Sequence record: OZ418230.1
Direction: 5' to 3' (one strand)
DNA length: 42,499 bases
Source: a phage
The notes beneath the pieces were generated by a model. It saw nothing but the letters and a program-made list of their open reading frames with translations, ran no database searches and was not told the DNA's origin. Positions 33,142 through 42,399 of this stretch are shown one piece after another; position 1 is the stretch's first letter; each line of letters starts with the position of its first letter. Position numbers and translations under genes: made by a program.

Positions 33142-33214
33142 CCATCTACATTACTGAGCTAATAACAGGCCTGCTGGTAATCGCAGGCCTTTTTATTTGG
33201 GGGAGAGGGAAGTC

Positions 33215-33655
33215 ATGAAAAAACTAACCTTTGAAATTCGATCTCCAGCACATCAGCAAAACGCTATTCACGCAGTACAGCAAATCCTTCCAGACCCAAC
33301 CAAACCAATCGTAGTAACCATTCAGGAACGCAACCGCAGCTTAGACCAAAACAGGAAGCTATGGGCCTGCTTAGGTGACGTCTCTCGTCAGGTTGAATGG
33401 CATGGTCGCTGGCTGGATGCAGAAAGCTGGAAGTGTGTGTTTACCGCAGCATTAAAGCAGCAGGATGTTGTTCCTAACCTTGCCGGGAATGGCTTTGTGG
33501 TAATAGGCCAGTCAACCAGCAGGATGCGTGTAGGCGAATTTGCGGAGCTATTAGAGCTTATACAGGCATTCGGTACAGAGCGTGGCGTTAAGTGGTCAGA
33601 CGAAGCGAGACTGGCTCTGGAGTGGAAAGCGAGATGGGGAGATCGGGCTGCATGA
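33215..33655 (+). CDS. ninB: NinB (Orf recombination mediator)
   Basis: 146 aa from MKKLTFEIRSPAHQQNAIHAVQQILPD…, lambda NinB. Confidence 0.9.
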   Translation: MKKLTFEIRSPAHQQNAIHAVQQILPDPTKPIVVTIQERNRSLDQNRKLWACLGDVSRQVEWHGRWLDAESWKCVFTAALKQQDVVPNLAGNGFVVIGQSTSRMRVGEFAELLELIQAFGTERGVKWSDEARLALEWKARWGDRAA

Positions 33656-34179
33656 CTATCAAATCAAATACGCCAGCACACGACAAGGACTGCTGGCAAA
33701 CGCCGCTTTGGCTTTTTGATGCACTGGATATTGAGTTTGGATTCTGGCTGGATTCGGCAGCGAGCGACAAAAATGCTCTGTGTGCTCACTGGCTAACTGA
33801 GGCCGACGACGCGCTCAATTCTGAGTGGGTAAGCCACGGTGCAATCTGGAATAACCCACCGTACAGCAATATCAGGCCGTGGGTGGAAAAAGCCGCTGAG
33901 CAGTGCATACAACAGCGACAGACGGTAGTTATGCTTGTGCCAGAGGATATGTCAGTCGGATGGTTCAGCAAGGCTCTGGAGAGTGTCGACGAAGTTCGCA
34001 TTATCACTGATGGACGGATTAATTTTATCGAACCATCGACAGGGCTGGAGAAGAAGGGAAACAGCAAAGGCTCCATGCTGCTGATTTGGCGACCGTTCAT
34101 CAGTCCTCGACGGATGTTTACTACCGTATCCAAAGCGGCATTGATGGCGATCGGGCAGGGCGTCAGGAGGGCGGCATGA
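33652..34179 (+). CDS. DNA N6-adenine methyltransferase (orphan, phage Dam-like)
   Basis: NPPY catalytic motif (AIWNNPPYS); ATGA overlap with ninB stop; occupies the ninC position. Confidence 0.75.
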   Translation: MTIKSNTPAHDKDCWQTPLWLFDALDIEFGFWLDSAASDKNALCAHWLTEADDALNSEWVSHGAIWNNPPYSNIRPWVEKAAEQCIQQRQTVVMLVPEDMSVGWFSKALESVDEVRIITDGRINFIEPSTGLEKKGNSKGSMLLIWRPFISPRRMFTTVSKAALMAIGQGVRRAA

Positions 34180-34352
34180 GGCGACAGCGACGAAGTTTCA
34201 CCGACATCATCTGCGAAAACTGCAAATACCTTCCAACGAAACGCTCCAGAAATAAACGCAAGCCAATCCCAAAAGAATCTGACGTAAAAACCTTCAATTA
34301 CACAGCTCACCTGTGGGATATCCGGTGGCTAAGATATCGTGCGAGGAAATGA
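34176..34352 (+). CDS. ninE: NinE
   Basis: 58 aa [58 protein letters not shown], lambda/DLP12 NinE; ATGA overlap with the methyltransferase. Confidence 0.8.
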   Translation: MRRQRRSFTDIICENCKYLPTKRSRNKRKPIPKESDVKTFNYTAHLWDIRWLRYRARK

Positions 34353-34696
34353 CAATGGATTATTCACAGTTAAGTGATTTTGAAATTAACAGAATGGTAG
34401 GAGACATAATTTTTAAAGGCCTTTGGGCAAGTAAACCGGAAACATCAGGGAATAACACCAACAAATGGTATTACGGAAATGCTGATACAACTTTTGAGCC
34501 ATTAAATCATTTGCCTGACTACTGCAATGATCCGAGCGCTTCATGGCCGATTATTGAGAAATACAGGATTTCTATCTTAGACCAGTTAACTGAATGGTGT
34601 GTGGATGCAAAAGGCGTAAGCCCAATATTTGATACCAGACCTCTCCGCGCCGCCATTATTGTCTTTCTCCTGATGCAGGAGGCCAATAATGCTTAG
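34349..34696 (+). CDS. hypothetical nin-region protein
   Basis: 115 aa from MTMDYSQ…; ATGA overlap with ninE; no confident family. Confidence 0.5.
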   Translation: MTMDYSQLSDFEINRMVGDIIFKGLWASKPETSGNNTNKWYYGNADTTFEPLNHLPDYCNDPSASWPIIEKYRISILDQLTEWCVDAKGVSPIFDTRPLRAAIIVFLLMQEANNA

Positions 34697-34883
34697 CCCA
34701 TCTCAATCCCTTCAATACCTGAAAGGAAGCATAGAGCGGGCTTCAATGTGCACAGAGTGGATTCTATCTAGGTTTAGCGCATACAGAAGATTGCCGGTAA
34801 AGGGCATGCCAAGCAAGTCGATGCTGCATATGCAAAAGAATGCGCGCGGGAAGGTATGGCGAGAACGCAGGTTATCTGGCTGA
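34689..34883 (+). pseudogene. ninF-like 5' fragment fused to unrelated sequence (chimeric ORF)
   Basis: First ~18 codons ([18 protein letters not shown]) match lambda NinF; downstream the product diverges and the NinF CxxC…CxxC cysteines are missing. Confidence 0.5.
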
Positions 34884-34906
34884 AAGAGGGGGTAATTAAG
34901 GCGTGA
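34778..34906 (+). pseudogene. 3' remnant of a ybcO-like (DUF1364) gene, no start codon
   Basis: Alternative frame reads …[31 protein letters not shown], matching the C-terminus of DLP12 YbcO from memory; bounded upstream by TAG stops; its stop overlaps the rusA GTG. Confidence 0.5.
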
Positions 34907-35265
34907 ATACTTACCACATCACACTACCCTGGCCTCCGAGCAATAATCGCTATTATCGCCATAATCGCGGGCGCACGCACGTCAGCGCAGAGGGGCAGGC
35001 ATACCGCGATAACGTCGCCCGAATCATTAAAAACGCAATGCTGGATATCGGCCTGGCGATGCCTGTGAAAATCCGCATTGAGTGCCACATGCCGGATCGC
35101 CGTCGCCGTGACCTGGATAATCTGCAAAAAGCCGCTTTTGACGCACTCACCAAAGCAGGTTTCTGGCTGGATGATGCTCAGGTCGTTGATTACCGCGTTG
35201 TGAAGATGCCTGTTACCAAAGGTGGGAGGCTGGAATTGACCATCACCGAAATGGGGAATGAATGA
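34903..35265 (+). CDS. rusA: RusA Holliday-junction resolvase
   Basis: 120 aa, GTG start, near-identical to DLP12 RusA (…[34 protein letters not shown]…). Confidence 0.9.
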   Translation: MNTYHITLPWPPSNNRYYRHNRGRTHVSAEGQAYRDNVARIIKNAMLDIGLAMPVKIRIECHMPDRRRRDLDNLQKAAFDALTKAGFWLDDAQVVDYRVVKMPVTKGGRLELTITEMGNE

Positions 35266-35402
35266 TGTTTGAGTTTTATATGGCAGAACGTCTTCGCCAC
35301 CGCTGGGTGCGTCTGCGCTTATATCGTTTCCCCGGTTCTGTTTTGACCGATTACCGAATACTGAAGAATTACGCCAAAACACTGACAGGAGCAGGAGTAT
35401 GA
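35262..35402 (+). CDS. ylcG: YlcG small protein
   Basis: Manual translation gives 46-aa [46 protein letters not shown], as DLP12 YlcG; overlaps rusA stop. Confidence 0.7.
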   Translation: MMFEFYMAERLRHRWVRLRLYRFPGSVLTDYRILKNYAKTLTGAGV

Positions 35403-35487
35403 AGTCAGAGATAACAATCAACTAATACTGTTTTGCTGATTTTTGCTTGTAATTGGCGTTCTGGTCTGATTTTTGTGGAGTAAGTTG

Positions 35488-35865
35488 ATGCGTGATATTC
35501 AGATGGTTCTTGAGCGTTGGGGAGCGTGGGCGGCTAATAATCATGAAGATGTGACCTGGTCGTCCATTGCCGCCGGTTTTAAGGGATTAATTCCTTCAAA
35601 AGTAAAATCTCGCCCGCAATGTTGTGACGATGACGCGATGATCATTTGCGGGTGCATGGCCCGTCTGAAAAATAACAACAGCGATTTGCATGATTTGTTA
35701 GTGGACTATTATGTCGGCGGCATGACTTTTATGGCGCTTGCGCGTAAGCATGGTAGATCTGATTGTTGGATTGGCAGGATGCTCCAAAAAGCTGAGGGCG
35801 TAGTGGAGGGCATGCTGATGGTGTTGGATCTCAGATTGGAGATGGATGCTGATTGTTTGAGATAA
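35488..35865 (+). CDS. Q: late-gene antiterminator Q (phage 82 / DLP12 QuuD type)
   Basis: [34 protein letters not shown]… resembles QuuD; start at 35488 preferred over track start 35473. Confidence 0.85.
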   Translation: MRDIQMVLERWGAWAANNHEDVTWSSIAAGFKGLIPSKVKSRPQCCDDDAMIICGCMARLKNNNSDLHDLLVDYYVGGMTFMALARKHGRSDCWIGRMLQKAEGVVEGMLMVLDLRLEMDADCLR

Positions 35866-35894
35866 TTAAAGGAAAAGTTGCTGTCTGGTTATCA

Positions 35895-35921
35895 TTAGAC
35901 TAATGTTTCAAATGTTAGAAT
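35895..35921 (+). promoter_or_regulatory. candidate late promoter pR' (-35 ttagac, -10 tagaat)
   Basis: Sigma70-like hexamers downstream of Q and upstream of a terminator; spacing roughly 15 bp, so tentative. Confidence 0.35.
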
Positions 35922-35963
35922 CGCAACGTAGTTATGATCATATAACAGCTTGTTCCCTGATTT

Positions 35964-35993
35964 AGCCAGCCTCCCCAAAGGCTGGTTTTTTTT
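35964..35993 (+). terminator. tR'-like rho-independent terminator downstream of Q
   Basis: Stem ccagcc/ggctgg with 8-nt loop followed by TTTTTTTT. Confidence 0.7.
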
Positions 35994-36021
35994 CTAATAA
36001 GTATCAATCCGGTTAGGTATT

Positions 36022-36546
36022 TTATTGTTTGACCCATAATAGTTCATTGACATTGAATCCCAATTTTTGAGCAGTACGCACATAGTCTGCTTTTACATTA
36101 TCTGGAATAGTTGGAGTCCGTGCCAGAATCCATAGGTATTCTCTGTTCGGACCACTGACAAGAGCATACTTATACTCATCATCCAGTTTGATTACATTAT
36201 AGCCACCATAGAAGGGGCCAAAAAACGAAACCTTCAACGCTGCAGTTGTATTATCTCCTGTAAAGTATGCTTTACCTTCGCTCTCGCTCCATTTGTTTTT
36301 CGTTGGGTCATATCCACGATTAAGTACACTAATCCCTCCGTCGTTCCGTTTCCCATAAGTGGCGCTGACCTGTTCCAGACCACGTTCAAATCGGTTCTCA
36401 AGCCGAGCTATTTCATACCATTTTCCGAGGTAGCGGTTGGTGTCAAAATTTGTAATCGGCTGCACACCTTTAGGTGGTGTCGGGGCCTTACATGCTATCA
36501 GAGTGAAAGAGAGTGCAATGCCAGTCAACACAGGCCATAACTTCAT
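36022..36546 (-). CDS. Blc-like outer-membrane lipocalin lipoprotein
   Basis: 174 aa with lipobox (LIAC) and strong similarity to E. coli Blc (…YLGKWYEIARLENRFERGLE…KVSFFGPFYGGYNVI…). Confidence 0.8.
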   Translation of the reverse strand: MKLWPVLTGIALSFTLIACKAPTPPKGVQPITNFDTNRYLGKWYEIARLENRFERGLEQVSATYGKRNDGGISVLNRGYDPTKNKWSESEGKAYFTGDNTTAALKVSFFGPFYGGYNVIKLDDEYKYALVSGPNREYLWILARTPTIPDNVKADYVRTAQKLGFNVNELLWVKQ

Positions 36547-36895
36547 AATATATCCTGTACTTTTGATAGTTGAGAGTAAGTATTAAAGATAGATGATTAC
36601 TACCGATCACCTAAAGAACTTTCCTACTATATTAGGAATAGTCCATAACAAAAAAATTGTCAGTGATGACGGCAGAAAGGCAGTTTAGGTCGTGTACTAC
36701 ACTGTTAACCTGTTAATGAATTAGTCAAGGGGTAGGCAATGATAAAAAAACCTGTCGTTGGGATCAGTGGTTGTTTGGCCGGTTCTTCTGTCCGTTTTGA
36801 TGGTGGTCACAAAAGAGCTAGCTTTTTAATGGACAAATTACTGGAATGGGTAACATTCAAACCAGTATGTCCGGAAATGGCTATAGGGCTTCCAG

Positions 36896-36900
36896 TTCCG
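36896..36900. repeat. IS2 target-site duplication, left copy (ttccg)
   Basis: Identical 5-mer directly flanks both IS2 ends. Confidence 0.85.
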
Positions 36901-36911
36901 TGGATTTGCCC

Positions 36912-37817
36912 CTATATTTCCAGACACCTGTTATCACTTAACCCATCACTGGCCCACTGCCGCAGATATTCCCGTGGCGAGCGATAACCCAGCGCACTAT
37001 GCGGATGCCATTCGTTATAATGCTCGAACGCCTCTGCAAGGTTCTTTGCTGCCGTTAACCCGTCTGGTTTGGGCATGATACTGATGTAGTCACGCTTTAT
37101 CGTTTTCACGAAGCTCTCTGCTATTCCGTTACTCTCCGGACTCCGCACTGCCGTGTTCTTCGGTTCAAGTCCCAACATCCTGGCGAACTGACGTGTTTCA
37201 TTCGCCCGGTAGCATGAACCATTATCCGTCAGCCACTCCACTGGAGACGCCGGAAGCTCGCTGCCAAAGCGGCGTTCCACTGCTCCCAGCATGACGTCCT
37301 GTACTGTTTCACTGTCGAAGCCACCCGTTGTGACCGCCCAGTGCAGTGCCTCACGGTCACAGCAGTCCAGCGCGAACGTGACCCGCAGTTTTTCTCCGTT
37401 ATCACAGCGGAACTCAAACCCGTCAGAGCACCATCGCTGATTACTTTCTTTCACAGCCACTCTGCCGGTATGTGCCCGTTTCGATGGCGGTACAGCGGGT
37501 TTTCGCTCAAGCAACAGCGCATTCTGGCGCATGATCCGGTAAACACGTTTGGCATTGATCGCAGGCATACCATCAAGTTCTGTTTGTCTGCGAAGCAGCG
37601 CCCATACCCGACGATAACCATATGTGGGTAGCTCTCCGATAACATGGTGTATACGGCGAAGCACATCCGTATCATCCGTGTGACGGCTGCGGCGGCCGTC
37701 CTTCCAGTCATCGGCTCGTCTGAGAATGACGTGCAACTGCGCACGCGACACCCGGAGACAACGGCTGACGAAGCTTACTCCCCATCCCCGGGCAATAAGG
37801 GCGCGTGCGCTATCCAC
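36912..37817 (-). CDS. insD: IS2 transposase OrfB (InsD)
   Basis: 301 aa, matches IS2 InsD. Confidence 0.9.
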
Positions 37818-38140
37818 TTTTTTGCTCGCCCATATTCAACGGCTTCTTTAAGGAGTTCATTTTCCATCGTTTTTTTGCCGAGCAGACGCTGGAGTTCTTT
37901 AATCTGCTTCATGGCGGCAGCAAGTTCAGAGGCAGGAACGACCTGTTCTCCGGCAGCCACAGCAGTAAGACTTCCCTCCTGGTATTGCTTACGCCAGAGA
38001 AATAGCTGGCTGGCTGCCACACCATGTTGCCGGGCAACAAGGGAGACCGTCATTCCCGGTTCAAAGCTCTGCTGAACGATAGCGATCTTTTCCTGTGTAG
38101 TACGCCGTCTGCGTTTCTCCGGCCCTAAGACATCAATCAT
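37775..38140 (-). CDS. insC: IS2 OrfA (InsC)
   Basis: 121 aa from [40 protein letters not shown]…; overlaps insD (frameshift window). Confidence 0.9.
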
Positions 38141-38231
38141 CTGTTCTCCAATGACTAGTCTAAAAACTAGTATTAAGACTATCACTTAAATAAGTGATAT
38201 TGGTTGTCTGGAGATTCAGGGGGCCAGTCTA

Positions 38232-38236
38232 TTCCG
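38232..38236. repeat. IS2 target-site duplication, right copy (ttccg)
   Basis: Identical to 36896..36900. Confidence 0.85.
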
Positions 38237-39343
38237 CGTCCTGCTCTACGTCTTGTTCGCTCGGCGCAAGGAAATATACGGATGTGTTTCAGCCACGACC
38301 AGAATGAGGATGTTACAGAGAAAATGACAGAGTTTAGTCGTTCTTATCTTGACAAATTAAAGGATGTATCGGGATTTGTGGTTTGTGCAAAATCTCCTAG
38401 CTGTGGTATGGAACGCGTGCGTGTATATGATGAAAATGGTAATCGTGGTCGTAAAGATGGAGTGGGACTATTTACGAGCACGTTGATGGAAAGGTTTTCC
38501 TGGCTACCGGTTGAAGAGGATGGGCGACTACATGATCCAGTGCTTCGTGAAAACTTTGTTGAAAGAGTATTTGCTTTACATGAGCTCAATCATCTTTATA
38601 AAGCGAAATTATCAAGAAGGGAATTATTAGCTTTTCATAGCCGTTATAAGCTTCAGTTGTTGGCGCATAGCCAGGCCGGTTATAAAGAGATGGGGCCATT
38701 TGTGGCTGCAATACATGAGTGGGCAGACCTTGAATCATACTTTGAGGTGTATCGTGAGAAGCTGATGGCGATTCTCAGAAAACCTGCATCACGTAAAAAT
38801 CACACGAATGTGCTGATGCATATACAGGGATATTTTAGTAACTGCTTAAATACACGTCAGCGTAAAGAGTTGAGCGATGTTATACTTAACTATCGAGCTG
38901 GCACGCTACCTCTTCTTGCGCCATTAACTTTGCTGAAGCATTACTTGGCAGAGTATCCTGATGATTATTTGCTTATACAGAATTACTTCCACCCCTATCC
39001 TGATGAACTGGCTCTAAGACTCTTGGTGAACTAGGCGTTTGGAATGCACCAACAAGATGATTTTCTCCTTAGAGAATGTTTACAATCGTAAAAACTTCAC
39101 TATGATATCTATAGTTGTACAGTTTGTAAAAAAATTCGGTTCATGCTTAAGGTAATGTTAATATGTTAATTAATGATTAATAATCAAGCAAGCCAAAAAT
39201 AGTTCTGTTTAATCTAGTATTACATAAATATTTTAAAGAAAATATCAAAGTTCATGATGATATAATGAGATTTTTCTCATTGAAAATATGGCAATTTTAA
39301 TATTTCCACCTATACTTACTTAACTCAAATCTAATTATGTCAG

Positions 39344-40084
39344 GTGGATGGTATGCCATGCATATGTTCTATCATTTTAGTTTTGAACTCGTTTGATATC
39401 CGGCTTGGTAAAGAAAAAATCTCTCTAAAAAAAGGAAGTGTTGTTGCTATAGAATACAATTTAAAAGTTTTCTTTTCTTCAAATAAAGATAATATAATGA
39501 TCGTGGATATTGAAGAGAAAACAGTTAATGACTTCTTTAAAAACAATACACTCTCACCTTTTTCTGTAAGAAGATTTTATTCAGCATACTTGATAGTAAA
39601 CTGTACAGACTATTCATTGTTAAAGAACTTGATAGGTTGCTTGAATTGTGATGGTGAAACTACGGCTGTAGTTAAAAATTCAATATTATTTGCATGTCTT
39701 GCTATTTTATCCTCGGAAAAAATGTTTCAGAGTTTTTTGTTTGGGTGTCTTAATAGTTTAGGAAGCAAAGTTAAGGCTATTATTCACTCGGACATATCTG
39801 CAGCATGGAGACTTTGTGATATTTCTTCAAGACTATGTCTGAGTGAAAGTTTGTTAAAAAGAAAACTAAAACACGAAGGCTTATCATTTAGCAAATTAAT
39901 TCTTGAAGAACGAATGGTGATGGCTGAAAGGTTATTAAGCTACAATTTCTATCCTGTTGGGAAAGTTGCTAAAATATGTGGTTATGAAAGCGCGTCATAT
40001 TTTATAAGTGTTTTCAGAAGATATTTTGGTGTTCCCCCCCATGAATATTCATCAAGATTTTTTTTAGAAAAAGGCAAGATGTAA
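39344..40084 (+). CDS. AraC/XylS-family transcriptional regulator (low GC)
   Basis: C-terminal double-HTH signature (…GYESASYFISVFRRYFGVPPHEYSS…) resembling GadX/Rns-type regulators; gene and upstream region markedly AT-rich. Confidence 0.8.
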   Translation: MDGMPCICSIILVLNSFDIRLGKEKISLKKGSVVAIEYNLKVFFSSNKDNIMIVDIEEKTVNDFFKNNTLSPFSVRRFYSAYLIVNCTDYSLLKNLIGCLNCDGETTAVVKNSILFACLAILSSEKMFQSFLFGCLNSLGSKVKAIIHSDISAAWRLCDISSRLCLSESLLKRKLKHEGLSFSKLILEERMVMAERLLSYNFYPVGKVAKICGYESASYFISVFRRYFGVPPHEYSSRFFLEKGKM

Positions 40085-40251
40085 CGTGATGCGTTTTGAT
40101 GATTTTGTAATTTTCATATTTGATGATTATATGATGCTTTCAGCTACGCCAGAATAATCGCTGGCGTTTTTCTTTTCTAATGTAACTTCTGTATCTTTCC
40201 CTCTTTCATTCCAAACCGTGTACACCATCCGTTATTCGCGGAGGTGAGGCT

Positions 40252-40467
40252 ATGAAATCCATGGACAAGTTAACAACGGGCATTGCCTACGGCACCTCTG
40301 CAGGCAGTGCTGGCTACTGGTTTTTACAGTGGCTTGATCAGGTCAGTCCGTCACAGTGGGCGGCGATTGGAGTGCTTGGAAGCCTTGTGTTGGGTTTTCT
40401 CACTTATCTGACAAACCTTTATTTCAAGATTAAAGAAGATAAGCGTAAGGCTGCGAGAGGTGAATAA
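40252..40467 (+). CDS. S: pinholin (phage 21 S21 type), dual-start motif
   Basis: 71 aa [31 protein letters not shown]… as S21/EssD; Met1 and Met4 give the dual start. Confidence 0.85.
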   Translation: MKSMDKLTTGIAYGTSAGSAGYWFLQWLDQVSPSQWAAIGVLGSLVLGFLTYLTNLYFKIKEDKRKAARGE

Positions 40468-40964
40468 TGTCGCCATCATTACGCAAGGCTGTAGCAGCTG
40501 CTATTGGTGGTGGGGCTGTTGCCATAGCGTCTGTGCTCATCACTGGTCCGAGTGGTGACGATGGTCTGGAAGGTGTCAGCTACATACCATATAAAGATAT
40601 TGTTGGTGTATGGACTGTATGTCACGGGCATACAGGAAAAGACATCATGCTCGGTAAAACGTATACCAAAGCAGAATGCAAAGCACTCTTGAATAAAGAC
40701 CTTGCCACTGTCGCCAGACAAATTAACCCGTACATCAAAGTCGATATACCGGAAACAACGCGCGGCGCTCTTTACTCATTCGTTTACAACGTGGGTGCTG
40801 GCAATTTCAGAACATCGACGCTTCTTCGCAAAATAAACCAGGGCGATATCAAAGGCGCATGTGATCAGTTACGTCGCTGGACATATGCTGGCGGTAAGCA
40901 ATGGAAAGGTCTCATGACTCGTCGTGAGATTGAGCGTGAAATCTGTTTGTGGGGTCAGCAATGA
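40467..40964 (+). CDS. R: SAR endolysin (phage 21 R21 / RrrD type lysozyme)
   Basis: 165 aa with N-terminal signal-anchor-release segment ([20 protein letters not shown]) and lysozyme domain. Confidence 0.9.
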   Translation: MSPSLRKAVAAAIGGGAVAIASVLITGPSGDDGLEGVSYIPYKDIVGVWTVCHGHTGKDIMLGKTYTKAECKALLNKDLATVARQINPYIKVDIPETTRGALYSFVYNVGAGNFRTSTLLRKINQGDIKGACDQLRRWTYAGGKQWKGLMTRREIEREICLWGQQ

Positions 40965-41422
40965 ACAGAGTAACCGCGATTATCTCCGCTCTGGTTATCT
41001 GCATCATCGTCTGCCTGTCATGGGCTGTTAATCATTACCGTGATAACGCCATTACCTACAAAGCCCAGCGCGACAAAAATGCCAGAGAACTGAAGCTGGC
41101 GAACGCGGCAATTACTGACATGCAGATGCGTCAGCGTGATGTTGCTGCGCTCGATGCAAAATACACGAAGGAGTTAGCTGATGCGAAAGCTGAAAATGAT
41201 GCTCTGCGTGATGATGTTGCCGCTGGTCGTCGTCGGTTGCACATCAAAGCAGTCTGTCAGTCAGTGCGTGAAGCCACCACCGCCTCCGGCGTGGATAATG
41301 CAGCCTCCCCCCGACTGGCAGACACCGCTGAACGGGATTATTTCACCCTCAGAGAGAGGCTGATCACGATGCAAAAACAACTGGAAGGAACCCAGAAGTA
41401 TATTAATGAGCAGTGCAGATAG
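40961..41422 (+). CDS. Rz: i-spanin Rz
   Basis: Lambda Rz from the Met at 40961 ([30 protein letters not shown]…), ATGA overlap with R. Confidence 0.88.
   Translation: MNRVTAIISALVICIIVCLSWAVNHYRDNAITYKAQRDKNARELKLANAAITDMQMRQRDVAALDAKYTKELADAKAENDALRDDVAAGRRRLHIKAVCQSVREATTASGVDNAASPRLADTAERDYFTLRERLITMQKQLEGTQKYINEQCR
41181..41363 (+). CDS. Rz1: o-spanin Rz1 (embedded in Rz, +1 frame)
   Basis: 60-aa lipoprotein [59 protein letters not shown], as lambda Rz1. Confidence 0.88.
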   Translation: MRKLKMMLCVMMLPLVVVGCTSKQSVSQCVKPPPPPAWIMQPPPDWQTPLNGIISPSERG

Positions 41423-41453
41423 AGCTGCCCATATCGATGGGCAACTCATGCAA

Positions 41454-41747
41454 TTATTGTGAGCAATAGACACGCGCTTCCAGCGGAGTATAAATGCCTA
41501 AAGTAATAAAACCGAGCAATCCATTTACGAATGTTTGCTGGGTTTCTGTTTTAACAACATTTTCTGCGCCGCCACAAATTTTGGCTGCATCAACAGTTTT
41601 CTCCTGTCCAATTCCCGAAACGAAGAAGTGATGGGTGATGGTTTCCTTTGGTGTTACTGCTGTCGGTTTGTTTCCAACAGTAAACGTCTGTTGAGCACAT
41701 CCTGTAATAAGCATTGCCAGAGCGGCAGAAAACAACATTTTTTTCAT
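41454..41747 (-). CDS. bor: Bor serum-resistance lipoprotein
   Basis: 97 aa from MKKMLFSAALAMLITGCAQQTFTV…, lambda Bor; the track start 41795 is an upstream extension. Confidence 0.88.
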   Translation of the reverse strand: MKKMLFSAALAMLITGCAQQTFTVGNKPTAVTPKETITHHFFVSGIGQEKTVDAAKICGGAENVVKTETQQTFVNGLLGFITLGIYTPLEARVYCSQ

Positions 41748-42106
41748 CTTATTATCCTGCATTGTTAAAAACGGCAGAATCCTATGTGACAACAATTAAA
41801 CGATAGTTAAATGGATTGATGAAAATTAAAACTATATAGGTGGATGCTCAGCCTATTGGAGGAGGGGGGCACTCAGAATCCTGTGGAATGAAATAAACCG
41901 CTCTTTCTGTCCATTACCCTTTTAGCTGCGCTGTATCGTCGCCGTATTCCCGCATTAACCATGACCGTAGCCCGACGGGGAATTCCTTCTGCGTGAGTGT
42001 GCGGGAATAATCAAAAACGATGCACACCGGGTTTTACTGTGCTGACAGACGCAGGGTTACCCTCATAGTCGCTTTTCCGGTGCGATGGTGGAAGAAACCG
42101 GGATGT

Positions 42107-42301
42107 TTATTCATCATCACTTTGGATTGATGTACATGCTCTCTTTTCTGACGTTAGTCTCCGACGGCAGGCTTCAATGACCCAGGCTGAGAAATTCCCA
42201 GACCCTTTTTGCTCAAGAGCGATGTTAATTTGTTCAATCATTTGGTTAGGAAAGCGGATGTTGCGGGTTGTTGTTCTGCGGGTTCTGTTCTTAGTTGACA
42301 T
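42107..42301 (-). CDS. small ribbon-helix-helix (Arc/CopG-like) protein
   Basis: 64 aa; …NIRFPNQMIEQINIALEQKGSGNFSAWVIEACRRRL… resembles an RHH fold; same position as the unnamed lambda right-end ORF. Confidence 0.5.
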   Translation of the reverse strand: MSTKNRTRRTTTRNIRFPNQMIEQINIALEQKGSGNFSAWVIEACRRRLTSEKRACTSIQSDDE

Positions 42302-42399
42302 GAGGTTGCCCCGTATTCAGTGTCGCTGATTTGTATTGTCTGAAGTTGTTTTTACGTTAAGTTGATGCAGATCAATTAATACGATACCTGCGTCATAAT

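Larger units (their letters stand above)
36901..38231 (-). mobile_element. IS2 insertion sequence (1331 bp, IS3 family)
   Basis: Terminal sequences tagactggccccctgaatctccagacaacc (reverse complement at 38202..38231) and …ggggcaaatcca end at 36901; encodes InsC/InsD; 1331 bp; 5-bp TSD. Confidence 0.93.
36739..39034 (+). pseudogene. DUF523/DUF1722 (TudS/YbgA-like) gene interrupted by IS2
   Basis: Segments 36739..36900 and 38237..39034 join in frame to a ~319-aa protein once the IS and one TSD copy are removed; N-terminus MIKKPVVGISGCLAGSSVRFDGGHK is DUF523-like. Confidence 0.75.

Noticed and set aside
36739-36987. 82-aa ORF and the 276-aa ORF 38204..39034 as separate genes
   Set aside because: They are the two halves of one gene interrupted by IS2; the ends of each ORF are encoded by IS2 or duplication-derived sequence.
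35866-40251. tRNA genes in the Q-S interval, as some lambdoid phages carry
   Set aside because: No cloverleaf-like segment seen by eye; the region is filled by the three cargo genes and IS2. A tRNAscan-SE run would be needed to be sure.
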